This document shows, in pieces, positions 39,083 to 48,832 of a stretch of 64,000 bases of DNA. The notes beneath the pieces are model-generated. The model ran no database searches, was not told the origin of the DNA, and saw nothing but the letters and a program-made list of their open reading frames with translations. How positions within the stretch are numbered: position 1 is the first letter of the stretch; each line of letters begins with the position of its first letter. The position numbers were made by a program, and so were the translations under genes. This DNA comes from Candidatus Latescibacterota bacterium (GTDB lineage Bacteria > Latescibacterota > UBA2968). The DNA lies in NCBI GenBank assembly GCA_965208125.1, contig OZ242320.1:5280001-5344000 (forward strand). Reading direction: 5' to 3'.

Positions 39083-39934
39083 ATGGGACTACTCGAAGGA
39101 AAAGTAGCGATCATCACGGGTAGCGCGAGCGGCATAGGTCGCGCAACTGCTCGCCTCTTTGTCGAAGAAGGCGCGCAAGTTGTCATCGCAGACATCCAGG
39201 AAGATAAAGGCCAGACTGTTGCAGAAGAACTCGGTCCCAACGCCATCTTCCAGCACACCAATGTGAGACGGGAACCCGATATCAAAGCCATGATCGGCCT
39301 CGCGGTCTCACACTTTGGACACCTGGATTGCCTCTTTAACAACGCCGGATACGGCGGTGTAGCGGGACCTGTTGAAGAAACATCCATGCGGGGGTTTGAC
39401 AAAACCGTAAGCATTCTCCTGCGCGGCGTCTTCATGGGCATCAAACACGCGGCGCCCGTGATGAAAAAACAGGGATCGGGCAGCATCATCAGCACGGGTT
39501 CCGTCGCCGGCCTTCGCACGGGCTATGCGCCGCATGTGTACAGCGCGTGTAAAGCCGCCGTCATACACCTCACCCGCACAACGGCAATGGAATTGGGACC
39601 TCACAACATCCGCGTCAACTGTATATGCCCGGGCGGCATTGCCACCCCCATATTTGCCCCGGCATTGGACCTCGCGCCCGAAGAATCCGACAAAGCATAT
39701 CAACTCATGACCGAAAAACTCGCTGGCGGACAGCCCATCCATCGCGCGGGTCAACCCGAAGACATCGCACACGCAGCCCTCTATCTCGCCAGTGATCACG
39801 CCTCATTTGTCAACGGCCACGCCCTCGTCGTCGATGGTGGTCTCATCGGCGGCCAAAAATGGGACAGATCCTGGATCGCCCGAGAGGGGCTTACTTCTGA
39901 TGAGGATATACGTGAAGGAGGTAAAAAGGAATGA
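39083..39934 (+). CDS. SDR family oxidoreductase
   Basis: TGSASGIG, NNAG, YSACK, VDGG. Confidence 0.93.
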   Translation: MGLLEGKVAIITGSASGIGRATARLFVEEGAQVVIADIQEDKGQTVAEELGPNAIFQHTNVRREPDIKAMIGLAVSHFGHLDCLFNNAGYGGVAGPVEETSMRGFDKTVSILLRGVFMGIKHAAPVMKKQGSGSIISTGSVAGLRTGYAPHVYSACKAAVIHLTRTTAMELGPHNIRVNCICPGGIATPIFAPALDLAPEESDKAYQLMTEKLAGGQPIHRAGQPEDIAHAALYLASDHASFVNGHALVVDGGLIGGQKWDRSWIAREGLTSDEDIREGGKKE

Positions 39935-40911
39935 ACCGCATCTTAATCTCATTGGCCCTCATGCTCTTCATCGCTTGTGGCAGTGAACAAACCGGACCGG
40001 CAAAAACGACCATTGCCGTCATACCCAAAGGCACAACCCACGAGTTCTGGAAATCGATTCACGCAGGTGCTGTCAAAGCACAACGCGAGTTAGACATAGA
40101 AATAATATGGAAAGGCCCGCTCAAAGAAGACGACCGCGAAGACCAGATCGCACTGGTAGAAAACTTCATCTCTCGCGGCGTTTCGGGCATTGTGCTCGCG
40201 CCCCTCGACGACACTGCCCTTCGCGTACCCGTCGCCAATGCCGTGCGCAGCGGCATCCCGGTCGTCATTATCGACTCGGGCCTTCAAAGCGATGACTTTG
40301 TCTCCTTTGTCGCCACCGACAATTATCGCGGAGGACGCCTCGCAGGTGCCGACATGGCCCAACGCCTGAACCAAAAGGGCAAAGTCATCATGCTGCGCTA
40401 TCAGGAAGGCTCGGCCAGCACCATGAAACGCGAACAGGGATTCCTCGACGCAATTGGCGAGCATTCAGACATCGAGATCACCTCATCAAATCAACACGGC
40501 GGTGCCACCACCGAAAGCGCGTATCAGGCCAGCGAAAACTTGCTCGCTCCTTTGAAGGATGCAGGTGGCAAACTCACCATCCAGGGCATCTTCTGCCCCA
40601 ACGAATCCACCACATTTGGCATGCTGCGCGCCCTGCAAGACGCGGGCCTCGCTGGCAGTGTCATATTTATCGGCTTTGACAGCTCAGAAAAACTCGTCGA
40701 AGCCCTCGAAAACGACCAGATCCACGGCCTTGTACTGCAAAATCCCTTTAGAATGGGCTACCTCGGGGTCAAAACCATGGTCGCACATCTCAAAAATCAA
40801 CCCGTTGAAAAGCGCATCGACACCGGTGTAGCCCTCGTCACCAAAGACAACATGAACGACCCAGACATCAAAGATGTATTGACGCCAGACCTGGATAAAT
40901 GGCTTAAGTAA
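39931..40911 (+). CDS. Sugar ABC transporter substrate-binding lipoprotein (RbsB-like)
   Basis: Lipobox FIAC; IPKGTTHEFW, IDSG, ATDNY.GG, GFD, QNPFRMGYLGV. Confidence 0.93.
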   Translation: MNRILISLALMLFIACGSEQTGPAKTTIAVIPKGTTHEFWKSIHAGAVKAQRELDIEIIWKGPLKEDDREDQIALVENFISRGVSGIVLAPLDDTALRVPVANAVRSGIPVVIIDSGLQSDDFVSFVATDNYRGGRLAGADMAQRLNQKGKVIMLRYQEGSASTMKREQGFLDAIGEHSDIEITSSNQHGGATTESAYQASENLLAPLKDAGGKLTIQGIFCPNESTTFGMLRALQDAGLAGSVIFIGFDSSEKLVEALENDQIHGLVLQNPFRMGYLGVKTMVAHLKNQPVEKRIDTGVALVTKDNMNDPDIKDVLTPDLDKWLK

Positions 40912-40922
40912 ATGGAATCAAA

Positions 40923-42440
40923 ATGGTGAAAAAACTTTTCCGAATTGCAATAATTATCACCGCCGCCCCCTCAATCGCCCTATCGCAGTTCTTACCCGAC
41001 CTGACTGCGCTGAGCGAAACGATTAAGCCACAGGTATCGTCAATTCGCTCGCTCAACTTTGTCCAACCATTCACAATACGCTATCAGACAAACGCGGAAA
41101 TCACCGCATTCATAAACGATGAGTTCAATCAGACTGTACCGCAAACAATTCGTCAAAACTACGATCTATTAATCCGCGCCATCGGATTGCACCACGGCGG
41201 TGTTCCCTTTGACTTCGAAGCTATGATAAAAGCCACCCAAAGCCAAATAGGAGCCTATTATTATCCCGCAGACCGTTCTGTCAACATTCCCATAGGATCA
41301 ATTCCCATACAAGAGCTTCAAATAATCATAGCCCATGAACTCACGCATGTGCTACAAGACCAGCACTTTGGACTCGATCGCTTACTCAGCACTACAAACA
41401 GCGATGAATTATTAGCCCATCAAGCTCTCGCCGAAGGCGATGCAACGCTGGTGCAATACCTCTGGTTTTTCGATCGCGCTGGACGGGTGATGTCAGATGC
41501 CCAACTACAGCGATTCATAAACGATATTGCCAGCACGACAGTTGGCGAAGTCAAGCGCAACCTCAAAGATGCAACAGCAGATCCACAGGTCGTCAAAACG
41601 ATTGACGAAACCCCCGATTTTATATTCGAACAGCCAATTGGAATCTACTTTCGCGGACTGGCCTTTGTATTTGAGTTGAAAAAACGCGGAGGCTGGGCAA
41701 CAGTGAATCGCGCGTACACCAATCTGCCAATGTCAATGGAACACATCCTCCACCCGGACAAATACTTCGCGGGGGAATCCCTTGAGGAGATCGCACTTCC
41801 TGATTTGGCAAACGAAACCTTCACAGGAAATTGGGAATTGCTGGATCGGGATACACTGGGCGAATTAGGCCTCAGAATCATCTTCAACACCTTTGATATC
41901 CAAACATCACACGCAGCGGCCGCTGGCTGGCATGGCGACCAGTATGTCGTCCTCAAACACCGCGATGGCGCACCCGCGCTCGTCCTGTTCACGACATGGG
42001 ATACGGAACAGGACGCGACAGAGTTCAAGGCCGCCTACGAAGACGTGCTCGCAATTAAACACCGTGGAACCACAGACTTCATAATTGAGCAACAAGGGAC
42101 AGATGTATTAATTTCTGAATCATCTCGGGACCTCGACCTGTTATTTGCGTACCTCGAAAAAGTTCGATTCACCCCCACAGTTGCCCTCGAACTCTTCGAT
42201 TTTGACGGCGACCTCGTGATCGGCTTCTCGGACTTCCTCCTGTTCGCTGCCCACTTTGGCAAGAACAGTTCTGACCCTGATTTTGATCCGCGATTCGACA
42301 TCGATGCAGATGGTATGGTCGGCTTCACGGACTTTCTCGCATTTGCTTCTGCTTTCGGAAAACAAATCGCGCGCAACTCAAAACCCACTGTTGTAATTGA
42401 CCCGCACGTTATCCACCGCACGTTGGGATTCGTCCGATAA
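40923..42440 (+). CDS. Secreted zincin-like metallopeptidase with a C-terminal EF-hand/dockerin-like domain
   Basis: Signal peptide; AHELTH.LQDQHF, ALAEGDAT; DFDGDLVIGFSDFLLFAAHFG and DIDADGMVGFTDFLAFASAFG. Confidence 0.8.
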   Translation: MVKKLFRIAIIITAAPSIALSQFLPDLTALSETIKPQVSSIRSLNFVQPFTIRYQTNAEITAFINDEFNQTVPQTIRQNYDLLIRAIGLHHGGVPFDFEAMIKATQSQIGAYYYPADRSVNIPIGSIPIQELQIIIAHELTHVLQDQHFGLDRLLSTTNSDELLAHQALAEGDATLVQYLWFFDRAGRVMSDAQLQRFINDIASTTVGEVKRNLKDATADPQVVKTIDETPDFIFEQPIGIYFRGLAFVFELKKRGGWATVNRAYTNLPMSMEHILHPDKYFAGESLEEIALPDLANETFTGNWELLDRDTLGELGLRIIFNTFDIQTSHAAAAGWHGDQYVVLKHRDGAPALVLFTTWDTEQDATEFKAAYEDVLAIKHRGTTDFIIEQQGTDVLISESSRDLDLLFAYLEKVRFTPTVALELFDFDGDLVIGFSDFLLFAAHFGKNSSDPDFDPRFDIDADGMVGFTDFLAFASAFGKQIARNSKPTVVIDPHVIHRTLGFVR

Positions 42441-42460
42441 AGCGGTCAGGCATATCCTCT

Positions 42461-43954
42461 ATGTCTATTCCCAAACATCCGCGCTTTGCCATGCGCAGCA
42501 TTCGCAAAACCTTTGGCGCGACTATCGCGCTCGACAATGTCGATTTTGCCGTTTTAGCCGGCGAAATCCACGCCCTCATCGGTGAAAATGGTGCTGGTAA
42601 AAGCACCTTGATGAAAGTGCTATCGGGAGCCTTGCAACCCGATGCCGGAGAAATGGCTGTTGACGGATCGCCCTTCGCGCCAGACAATCCTCTCCAGGCA
42701 CGCCAGCAGGGCGTAGCCATGATCTATCAAGAGCTCTCCCTCGCGCCACATCTAACCGTTGTAGAAAATGTCCTCCTCGGAATGGAAATCACGCGACGCG
42801 GGTTATTGCAAAAATCAGACATGCACGCCCTTGTTCAAAACGCGCTGACAGAACTCGATCATGCCGACATCGATCCCCACGCGCGCGTGAGCACCCTCAC
42901 CATTGCCGAACGGCAAATTGTAGAAATTGCACGCGCACTATCTGTGCAATGCCGCGTCCTCGTCCTCGACGAACCCACCAGCAGCCTCACGCGCGCAGAT
43001 GCCGACCGTTTATTTCGCGTGATGAAACGCCTGAAAGCGCGAAATTTGGCAATCGTCTATATCTCGCACTTTCTCGAAGAAATCAAAGAAATCGCCGACC
43101 AATTCACAGTTCTGCGCGACGGCAAAAAAGCTGGCAGTGGCCCGGTCGCCCAAACTCCCATACCCGATATCGTTCACCTCATGGTCGGTCGGCAAATAGA
43201 CGATTTTTTTCCGCGTACCAAACGCACACCGGGCGAACCACTCCTCAACCTCACAGACTTCGCTGCCGATCCTCTCCCTCACAGCGCGTCCCTCGTTCTG
43301 CACCGCGGAGAAGTACTCGGCATCGGTGGACTCATCGGTGCTGGCCGTACAGAACTTTTGCGCGCCATCTTTGGCCTTGCCTCCATCCGCAAAGGCAATA
43401 TCACCTTCGCGCACAACACTACCCGCGCAACGCCAGCACAGCGTCTTGCGCAGGGCATGGGATTGCTCAGCGAAGACCGCAAAGACGAGGGCCTCGCCCA
43501 GTCGATGAGCCTGGCCGATAACCTTACCCTCTCGCACTTGCCCAGAGGGATCATCTTTCCCAAAAAACTGCGCGCCATTGCCCACCAATGGATATCTCGC
43601 CTCGGCATTCGCACATCGGGACCTGCACAATCCATTGCAGACCTCTCCGGCGGTAACCAGCAAAAAGTCGCGCTCGCCCGCCTGCTCTGCCACGACGTAG
43701 ATTGCCTGCTTTTGGACGAACCCACGCGCGGTATTGACATTGCCAGCAAAGCCGACATCTACCACCTGATTGACCAACTCGCAACACAGGGCAAAGCCAT
43801 TTTCCTCGTAAGCAGTTACCTGCCCGAACTCCTCGGGATATGCGATCGCATCGCCGTCATGTACCGCGGTCGCCTCGGTCCCGCGCGTCCCGTTGACAAA
43901 TGTAGCGAACACAGCCTCATGCTCGAAGCGACTGGGCAGGAGGTCGCACTGTGA
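42461..43954 (+). CDS. Sugar ABC transporter ATP-binding protein (RbsA-like, tandem NBDs)
   Basis: GENGAGKST, LDEPT twice, LSGGNQQKV. Confidence 0.95.
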   Translation: MSIPKHPRFAMRSIRKTFGATIALDNVDFAVLAGEIHALIGENGAGKSTLMKVLSGALQPDAGEMAVDGSPFAPDNPLQARQQGVAMIYQELSLAPHLTVVENVLLGMEITRRGLLQKSDMHALVQNALTELDHADIDPHARVSTLTIAERQIVEIARALSVQCRVLVLDEPTSSLTRADADRLFRVMKRLKARNLAIVYISHFLEEIKEIADQFTVLRDGKKAGSGPVAQTPIPDIVHLMVGRQIDDFFPRTKRTPGEPLLNLTDFAADPLPHSASLVLHRGEVLGIGGLIGAGRTELLRAIFGLASIRKGNITFAHNTTRATPAQRLAQGMGLLSEDRKDEGLAQSMSLADNLTLSHLPRGIIFPKKLRAIAHQWISRLGIRTSGPAQSIADLSGGNQQKVALARLLCHDVDCLLLDEPTRGIDIASKADIYHLIDQLATQGKAIFLVSSYLPELLGICDRIAVMYRGRLGPARPVDKCSEHSLMLEATGQEVAL

Positions 43955-44889
43955 ATCATCTATCGCGCTTTGCTCCCCTGCTCGGCCTATTTGCAGTTTA
44001 CGGCCTATTCGCCATTCTCGGTCCCGACAGCTTTAGCAGCGGTCGCAACCTCGAAACCATCGCGCGTCAAACAGCCATTGTAGGCACGGCAGCACTCGGC
44101 ATGACCCTCGTCATCATTGCCGGGGGCATCGACCTATCCGTCGGCTCCATCATAGCCCTGACCACCGTCACCATCGCCGCATCGCTCCAGACTGGCCTGT
44201 CACCCCCTGTTGCCGCGCTCATCGGCATACTCACAGGTGCGCTGTGTGGCCTTGTCAACGGCCTGATTATCACCCGTTTTCGCGTCGTGCCTTTTATCGT
44301 CACACTCGGCACGCTACTGCTCGTGCGCGGCATTGCCAAAGGACTGGCCAGCGAACAGAAAATCGACGCCCCCCTCACCTATCTCATCGACCTGCTCGCA
44401 GCACTACCGCAAGGTGCGTGGTGGATATTCCCACCCGGCGTATGGCTCCTCATCATCCTCGCCCTGCTCACTGGCGGATTCCTCGCCTATACCCGCCCGG
44501 GCAAACACATCGTCGCCATTGGATCCAACGAAAACACGGCTCGCCTGTGCGGTATCCGCGTCGAAGCCACCAAATTACTCGTCTATACCCTCGCCGGAAC
44601 ATCCGCAGGCATAGCCGGGCTCCTCCAATTTTCGCGCCTCACCGTAGGCGATCCCACGGTCGCCGTTGGCCTCGAACTCGACGTCATTGCAGCCGTTGTC
44701 ATCGGCGGAGGTAGCCTCTCGGGTGGTGAAGGCTCAGTACTCGGCAGCGTAGTCGGCGCACTGATCATGACCGTCATTCGCTCTGGCTGTTCACAAATGG
44801 GCCTGCCAAATTGGGTGCAAGAAATCGTCACCGGTATTATTATAGTCATCGCCGTAGCAGTAGATAGATTGAGACATCGTGAAAGATAG
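43951..44889 (+). CDS. Sugar ABC transporter permease (RbsC-like)
   Basis: GGIDLSVGS, PFIVTLG, 'AIGSNE..ARL.GI', ELDVIAAVVIGG.SL.GG.G. Confidence 0.95.
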   Translation: MNHLSRFAPLLGLFAVYGLFAILGPDSFSSGRNLETIARQTAIVGTAALGMTLVIIAGGIDLSVGSIIALTTVTIAASLQTGLSPPVAALIGILTGALCGLVNGLIITRFRVVPFIVTLGTLLLVRGIAKGLASEQKIDAPLTYLIDLLAALPQGAWWIFPPGVWLLIILALLTGGFLAYTRPGKHIVAIGSNENTARLCGIRVEATKLLVYTLAGTSAGIAGLLQFSRLTVGDPTVAVGLELDVIAAVVIGGGSLSGGEGSVLGSVVGALIMTVIRSGCSQMGLPNWVQEIVTGIIIVIAVAVDRLRHRER

Positions 44890-45009
44890 ACGAAGCAATC
44901 CAGTCTGTTTTTTGCAACTTATTTTTGATACTTGAGTTAGAAAAAACATATCTTATTGCAGACCTGAGCCAACAACCTGGCTCATTCACCCATTCCAAGG
45001 AGTAAACCT

Positions 45010-45453
45010 ATGCAAGCCCAACGCACTCTCCCCCTCATCGTCCTAACCTTTTTGTTCGCTACAACCCCCGCCTTTGCAGGCACTGTCGAAGTAGAAGGCG
45101 AAGGCACGCCAGCCCTGTACGTGGTTAAGGTACACGCCGACTGGTGCGGCTCCTGCAAGGCACTGGTACCCATTCTCGACGAAGTCCGAGAAACCATGTC
45201 TTCCGAACCTGTTCTCTTTCTCACCCTGGACGTAACCGACGCAGACCGCACCGGCCAGGCTCGCCTGCTGGCCGCTGCCCTCGGCATAGAGCAACACCTC
45301 AAAGCCAATAACAAGACCGGACTGGTCCTGATCATCAACCCCTCGGATAAAGCCCTGCTGGAAACCCTGACAAAAGAAAACAACGCCGATGAAATGATCG
45401 GCAAAATCGAGGGCCATATTGCCGAAACTGCGAACGAAGACATGGACATGTGA
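45010..45453 (+). CDS. Secreted thioredoxin-like protein
   Basis: AAGGAG RBS; signal peptide; HADWCGSCK. Confidence 0.82.
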   Translation: MQAQRTLPLIVLTFLFATTPAFAGTVEVEGEGTPALYVVKVHADWCGSCKALVPILDEVRETMSSEPVLFLTLDVTDADRTGQARLLAAALGIEQHLKANNKTGLVLIINPSDKALLETLTKENNADEMIGKIEGHIAETANEDMDM

Positions 45454-45471
45454 GGCAAGAGATCGAATTAC

Positions 45472-45505
45472 GGTGCATCGCTTAGCGAACACTGGGCGAT
45501 GCACC
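45472..45505. terminator. Intergenic stem-loop (terminator or REP-like)
   Basis: ggtgcatcgc...gcgatgcacc, without a clear T tract. Confidence 0.5.
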
Positions 45506-45549
45506 TGAAAGATCAACTATATTAAAACTGCAATTATCGGAATCAACAC

Positions 45550-46827
45550 ATGAACAAAGACACCGCATTTCAAATGGGAGCCTCAAACCTGCGCTTTGGG
45601 GTGGAAACAACGCGCGAGATCGGCCTGGACCTGTCCGACATGGGCCTCAGGCGCGTCCTCGTCATCACCGACCCCAACCTCGTCGATCTGTCCCCTGTCC
45701 AAATCGCGAGAGAGAGCCTGGAATCCGAAGGCATAGAATACGACCTATTTGACCGCGTACGCGTGGAACCCACAGATATCTCCTTCAAAGACGCCATCGC
45801 AGTCGCCACAGAAGGCGCTTACGAAGGCTATGTCGCCATCGGGGGCGGTTCATCTATCGACACGGCAAAAGCAGCCAACTTATTTGCAACCTATCCCGAC
45901 GACTTCTTCGCCTATATCAACGCCCCCATCGGCCAGGGCAAACCCGTTCCCGGCCCCGTCAAACCCCTCTTTGCCATTCCCACCACAGCCGGCACAGGCA
46001 GCGAAACCACGGGCGTAGCCATTATGGACCTCTCTGACCGCCACGTCAAAACCGGCATTGCACACCGCTATCTCAAACCCAACCTCGCCATTGTCGATCC
46101 CGAAAACACGCGCACCATGCCACCTTCCATCGCAGCGGCAACCGGTCTCGATGTCCTTTGCCACGCCCTCGAATCCTTTACCGCCATCCCCTACACCGAA
46201 CGCCCCAGACCCAATCGCCCAATCGAACGCCCCGCCTATCAGGGCGCCAACCCCATTTCCGACATGTGGGCACTCAAAGCCATTGAAATGACCACGCAAT
46301 ACCTGCCCCGCGCGGTTCGCAACCCCGACGACGACGAAGCCCGCGCGCAAATGATCCTCGCCGCATCGCTCGCCGGCATCGGTTTTGGCAATGCAGGCGT
46401 TCACCTCTGCCACGGCATGTCGTATCCCGTCTCAGGTATGGTGCGAGACTTCAAACCCAAAGGCATGATCACGGACCACGCCATCATCCCACACGGCATG
46501 TCCGTCGTCCTCAACGCCCCTCCCGTCTTTCGATTCACAGGACCCGCACGGCCAGACCGCCACCTTCGGGCTGCACAGATCATGGGCGCAGACATCTCCA
46601 ACGCATCTCCCGACGAAGCGGGCCACATTCTCGCCGATCAAATCGTCGCCCTGATGAAGCAACTCGAAGTGCCCAACGGTCTGTCATCAATCGGATTCTC
46701 CGAAAGCGACATCCCCGCACTCGTCGAAGGCACCCTTCCCCAACACCGCGTCACCAAACTCTCACCGCGCCCCGCAGAAGCCGAAGACCTGGAGAGCCTG
46801 TTCAAAGATGCAATGGTCGCCTGGTAA
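45550..46827 (+). CDS. Hydroxyacid-oxoacid transhydrogenase (Fe-ADH family, ADHFE1-like)
   Basis: VEPTD.SF, GGGSSIDTAK, PTTAGTGSETTG, RPAYQGANPISD, GFGNAGVHLCHGMSYP, PHGMSV. Confidence 0.9.
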   Translation: MNKDTAFQMGASNLRFGVETTREIGLDLSDMGLRRVLVITDPNLVDLSPVQIARESLESEGIEYDLFDRVRVEPTDISFKDAIAVATEGAYEGYVAIGGGSSIDTAKAANLFATYPDDFFAYINAPIGQGKPVPGPVKPLFAIPTTAGTGSETTGVAIMDLSDRHVKTGIAHRYLKPNLAIVDPENTRTMPPSIAAATGLDVLCHALESFTAIPYTERPRPNRPIERPAYQGANPISDMWALKAIEMTTQYLPRAVRNPDDDEARAQMILAASLAGIGFGNAGVHLCHGMSYPVSGMVRDFKPKGMITDHAIIPHGMSVVLNAPPVFRFTGPARPDRHLRAAQIMGADISNASPDEAGHILADQIVALMKQLEVPNGLSSIGFSESDIPALVEGTLPQHRVTKLSPRPAEAEDLESLFKDAMVAW

Positions 46828-46834
46828 TCAAAGG

Positions 46835-46863
46835 TTGCCATTCTGTTTCTGAAATATTATGAT
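46835..46863 (+). promoter_or_regulatory. Putative sigma-70 promoter of the symporter gene
   Basis: TTGCCA-N17-TATGAT. Confidence 0.55.
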
Positions 46864-46911
46864 GTAAGGCACCAACAGCATCGATATACAGGCATAACAG
46901 GAGGGCTTTTC

Positions 46912-48795
46912 GTGGACGCTAAACTAATCTGGCTCTTTGCTTTTGTGGGACTTTACTGGGCTTACTGCCTCTTCTGGGGGGTCAGAGGCGCCATCTCTTC
47001 ACGAACATCAACCGACTACTTCGTGGCTGGGCGCACCATTGGCTTATGGGTATTTGTTCTTGCGGCCACCGCCACCAGTTTTTCCGGCTGGACCTTTGTA
47101 GGACACCCCGGCAAAATCCTCACGGACGGTCTGCCCTACGCATTCGCTTCCTTCTATGCCCTCACAATTCCCTTTACAGGCGTGCTCTTTTTGCGCCGCC
47201 AATGGGTCGTTGGTCGGGCGTTTGAACACATTACCCCCGGCGAAATGTACACCGAATATTACGGTGGCAACGCCATGCGCCTGCTCACCGTCCTTGTCGC
47301 CTTTCTCTTTTCAGTACCCTATCTCGGTGTGCAACTTCGCGCCTCTGGCGACCTCTTCCACGTACTCACCGATGGCCTGATCGGCATTGAAATTGGTATG
47401 TTCGCCCTCTCTGCCATTGTTATGATCTACGTCGCATCCGGCGGTCTTCGATCTGTAGCCTACGTTGACTGCGCCCAGTGCATCTTGCTCGCCCTCGGCA
47501 TTGTCATCCTGGGAGGCATCGCCATCAGCTTTGCAGGAGGTTGGGGTGGATTTACCGACGGCCTGGCAAACTATGTCAAACAAGACCTCGCATCGGGTCA
47601 AAAACTCACCCCCGCCGGTCACTCAAACATAGTGGCTATGCCGGGAACTATCCAGGCCGTATCTTCAGGGGCAGAAGCACAGGGCAGTGTGTGGACCGGC
47701 ATGATGTGCCTCACCTACATGTTCGCGCTCATGGGCATCCAATCCTCACCCGCCTTTTCCATGTGGTGCTTTTCCAACAAAACCAGCGAACCCTTCCGCT
47801 GGCAGCAAGTGGTGGCATCCTCTATTATCATCGGCATCATCCTCTTCACCTTCACCATCTTTCAGGGCATTGGGGGCAACATCCTCATTGCAAACGGCAT
47901 CTTTGAATCCGCCAATGACAAAAACCTCGTCCCCCAACTCATCAACCTGCTCACCGACTCGGCTCCCTGGCTCGTTGGCCTGCTCGCGGTTTGTGCCCTC
48001 GCAGCAATGCAATCCACAGGCGCTGCCTACATGTCCACCTTCTCGGGCATGGTCACGCGCGATCTCTACAAACAGTACGTCGCCCCCGACGCATCGGACA
48101 GCGTGCAAAAACTCTGTGGGCGCATCTTTGTCATCGTCGTCACAGTGGTCGCGCTATTCGTCGCCGCGCAATTCACCGGCGCCATCGTCATGCTCGGCGG
48201 CCTGGCCGTTGCCTACGGCTTCCAGATGTACCCGGCTCTCATGGGCGTGTGTTACTTTCCCTGGCTCACCCGCAAAGGCGTGGTCTGGGGCCTTGTTGCC
48301 GGCCTTATAGCCGTCACCTTGACCGACCGCACAGTAGCCGTATTTGGACTACCCTGGGGCGCTTTTCCCCTCACCATTCACAGTGCGGGCTGGGGCATTT
48401 TCGCCAACCTGATCATTGCCCTATTCGTCTCAAAATTTGGTTCAGAAAACAGTGAAGAACGCGAAAAGCGCGAAAGACATCACGCCTTCATCCAGGCCGT
48501 CTCTGGCCTCACCGAAGACCAGAAGAAATGGGTGACACCGGCGTGGATCCTCACAGTTTTGTGGTTCCTCGTTGGATTCGGGCCTTTTGCCACGGTTGGC
48601 AACACCCTCTTTTCCGACCCCAATACCCCGGCCACATGGGCGCCTTTTGGTTTGCCCTCGCTCTGGGTCTGGCAACTCCTCATGCTACTCTTCGGTATCT
48701 TCGTCATGTGGATGCTCGCCTTCAAAGTTGGCCTCTCCAAACCCATTCCCATCGAAAACGTAGCATCACAGCGCAAAGCACTTTTTGAAGAGTAA
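46912..48795 (+). CDS. Sodium:solute symporter family protein
   Basis: DYFVAGR, ATSFSGWTFVGHPG, GGLRSVAYVD, LAAMQST; many TM segments. Confidence 0.92.
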   Translation: MDAKLIWLFAFVGLYWAYCLFWGVRGAISSRTSTDYFVAGRTIGLWVFVLAATATSFSGWTFVGHPGKILTDGLPYAFASFYALTIPFTGVLFLRRQWVVGRAFEHITPGEMYTEYYGGNAMRLLTVLVAFLFSVPYLGVQLRASGDLFHVLTDGLIGIEIGMFALSAIVMIYVASGGLRSVAYVDCAQCILLALGIVILGGIAISFAGGWGGFTDGLANYVKQDLASGQKLTPAGHSNIVAMPGTIQAVSSGAEAQGSVWTGMMCLTYMFALMGIQSSPAFSMWCFSNKTSEPFRWQQVVASSIIIGIILFTFTIFQGIGGNILIANGIFESANDKNLVPQLINLLTDSAPWLVGLLAVCALAAMQSTGAAYMSTFSGMVTRDLYKQYVAPDASDSVQKLCGRIFVIVVTVVALFVAAQFTGAIVMLGGLAVAYGFQMYPALMGVCYFPWLTRKGVVWGLVAGLIAVTLTDRTVAVFGLPWGAFPLTIHSAGWGIFANLIIALFVSKFGSENSEEREKRERHHAFIQAVSGLTEDQKKWVTPAWILTVLWFLVGFGPFATVGNTLFSDPNTPATWAPFGLPSLWVWQLLMLLFGIFVMWMLAFKVGLSKPIPIENVASQRKALFEE

Positions 48796-48802
48796 AAAGA
48801 GC

Positions 48803-48822
48803 ACCGGTGGATTTTCCACCGG
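48803..48822. terminator. Hairpin between convergent genes
   Basis: ccggtgg-atttt-ccaccgg. Confidence 0.55.
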
Positions 48823-48832
48823 GCTTAATGGG

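Noticed and set aside
43010-43912. 300-aa minus-strand ORF
   Set aside because: Antisense shadow of the sugar ABC ATPase.
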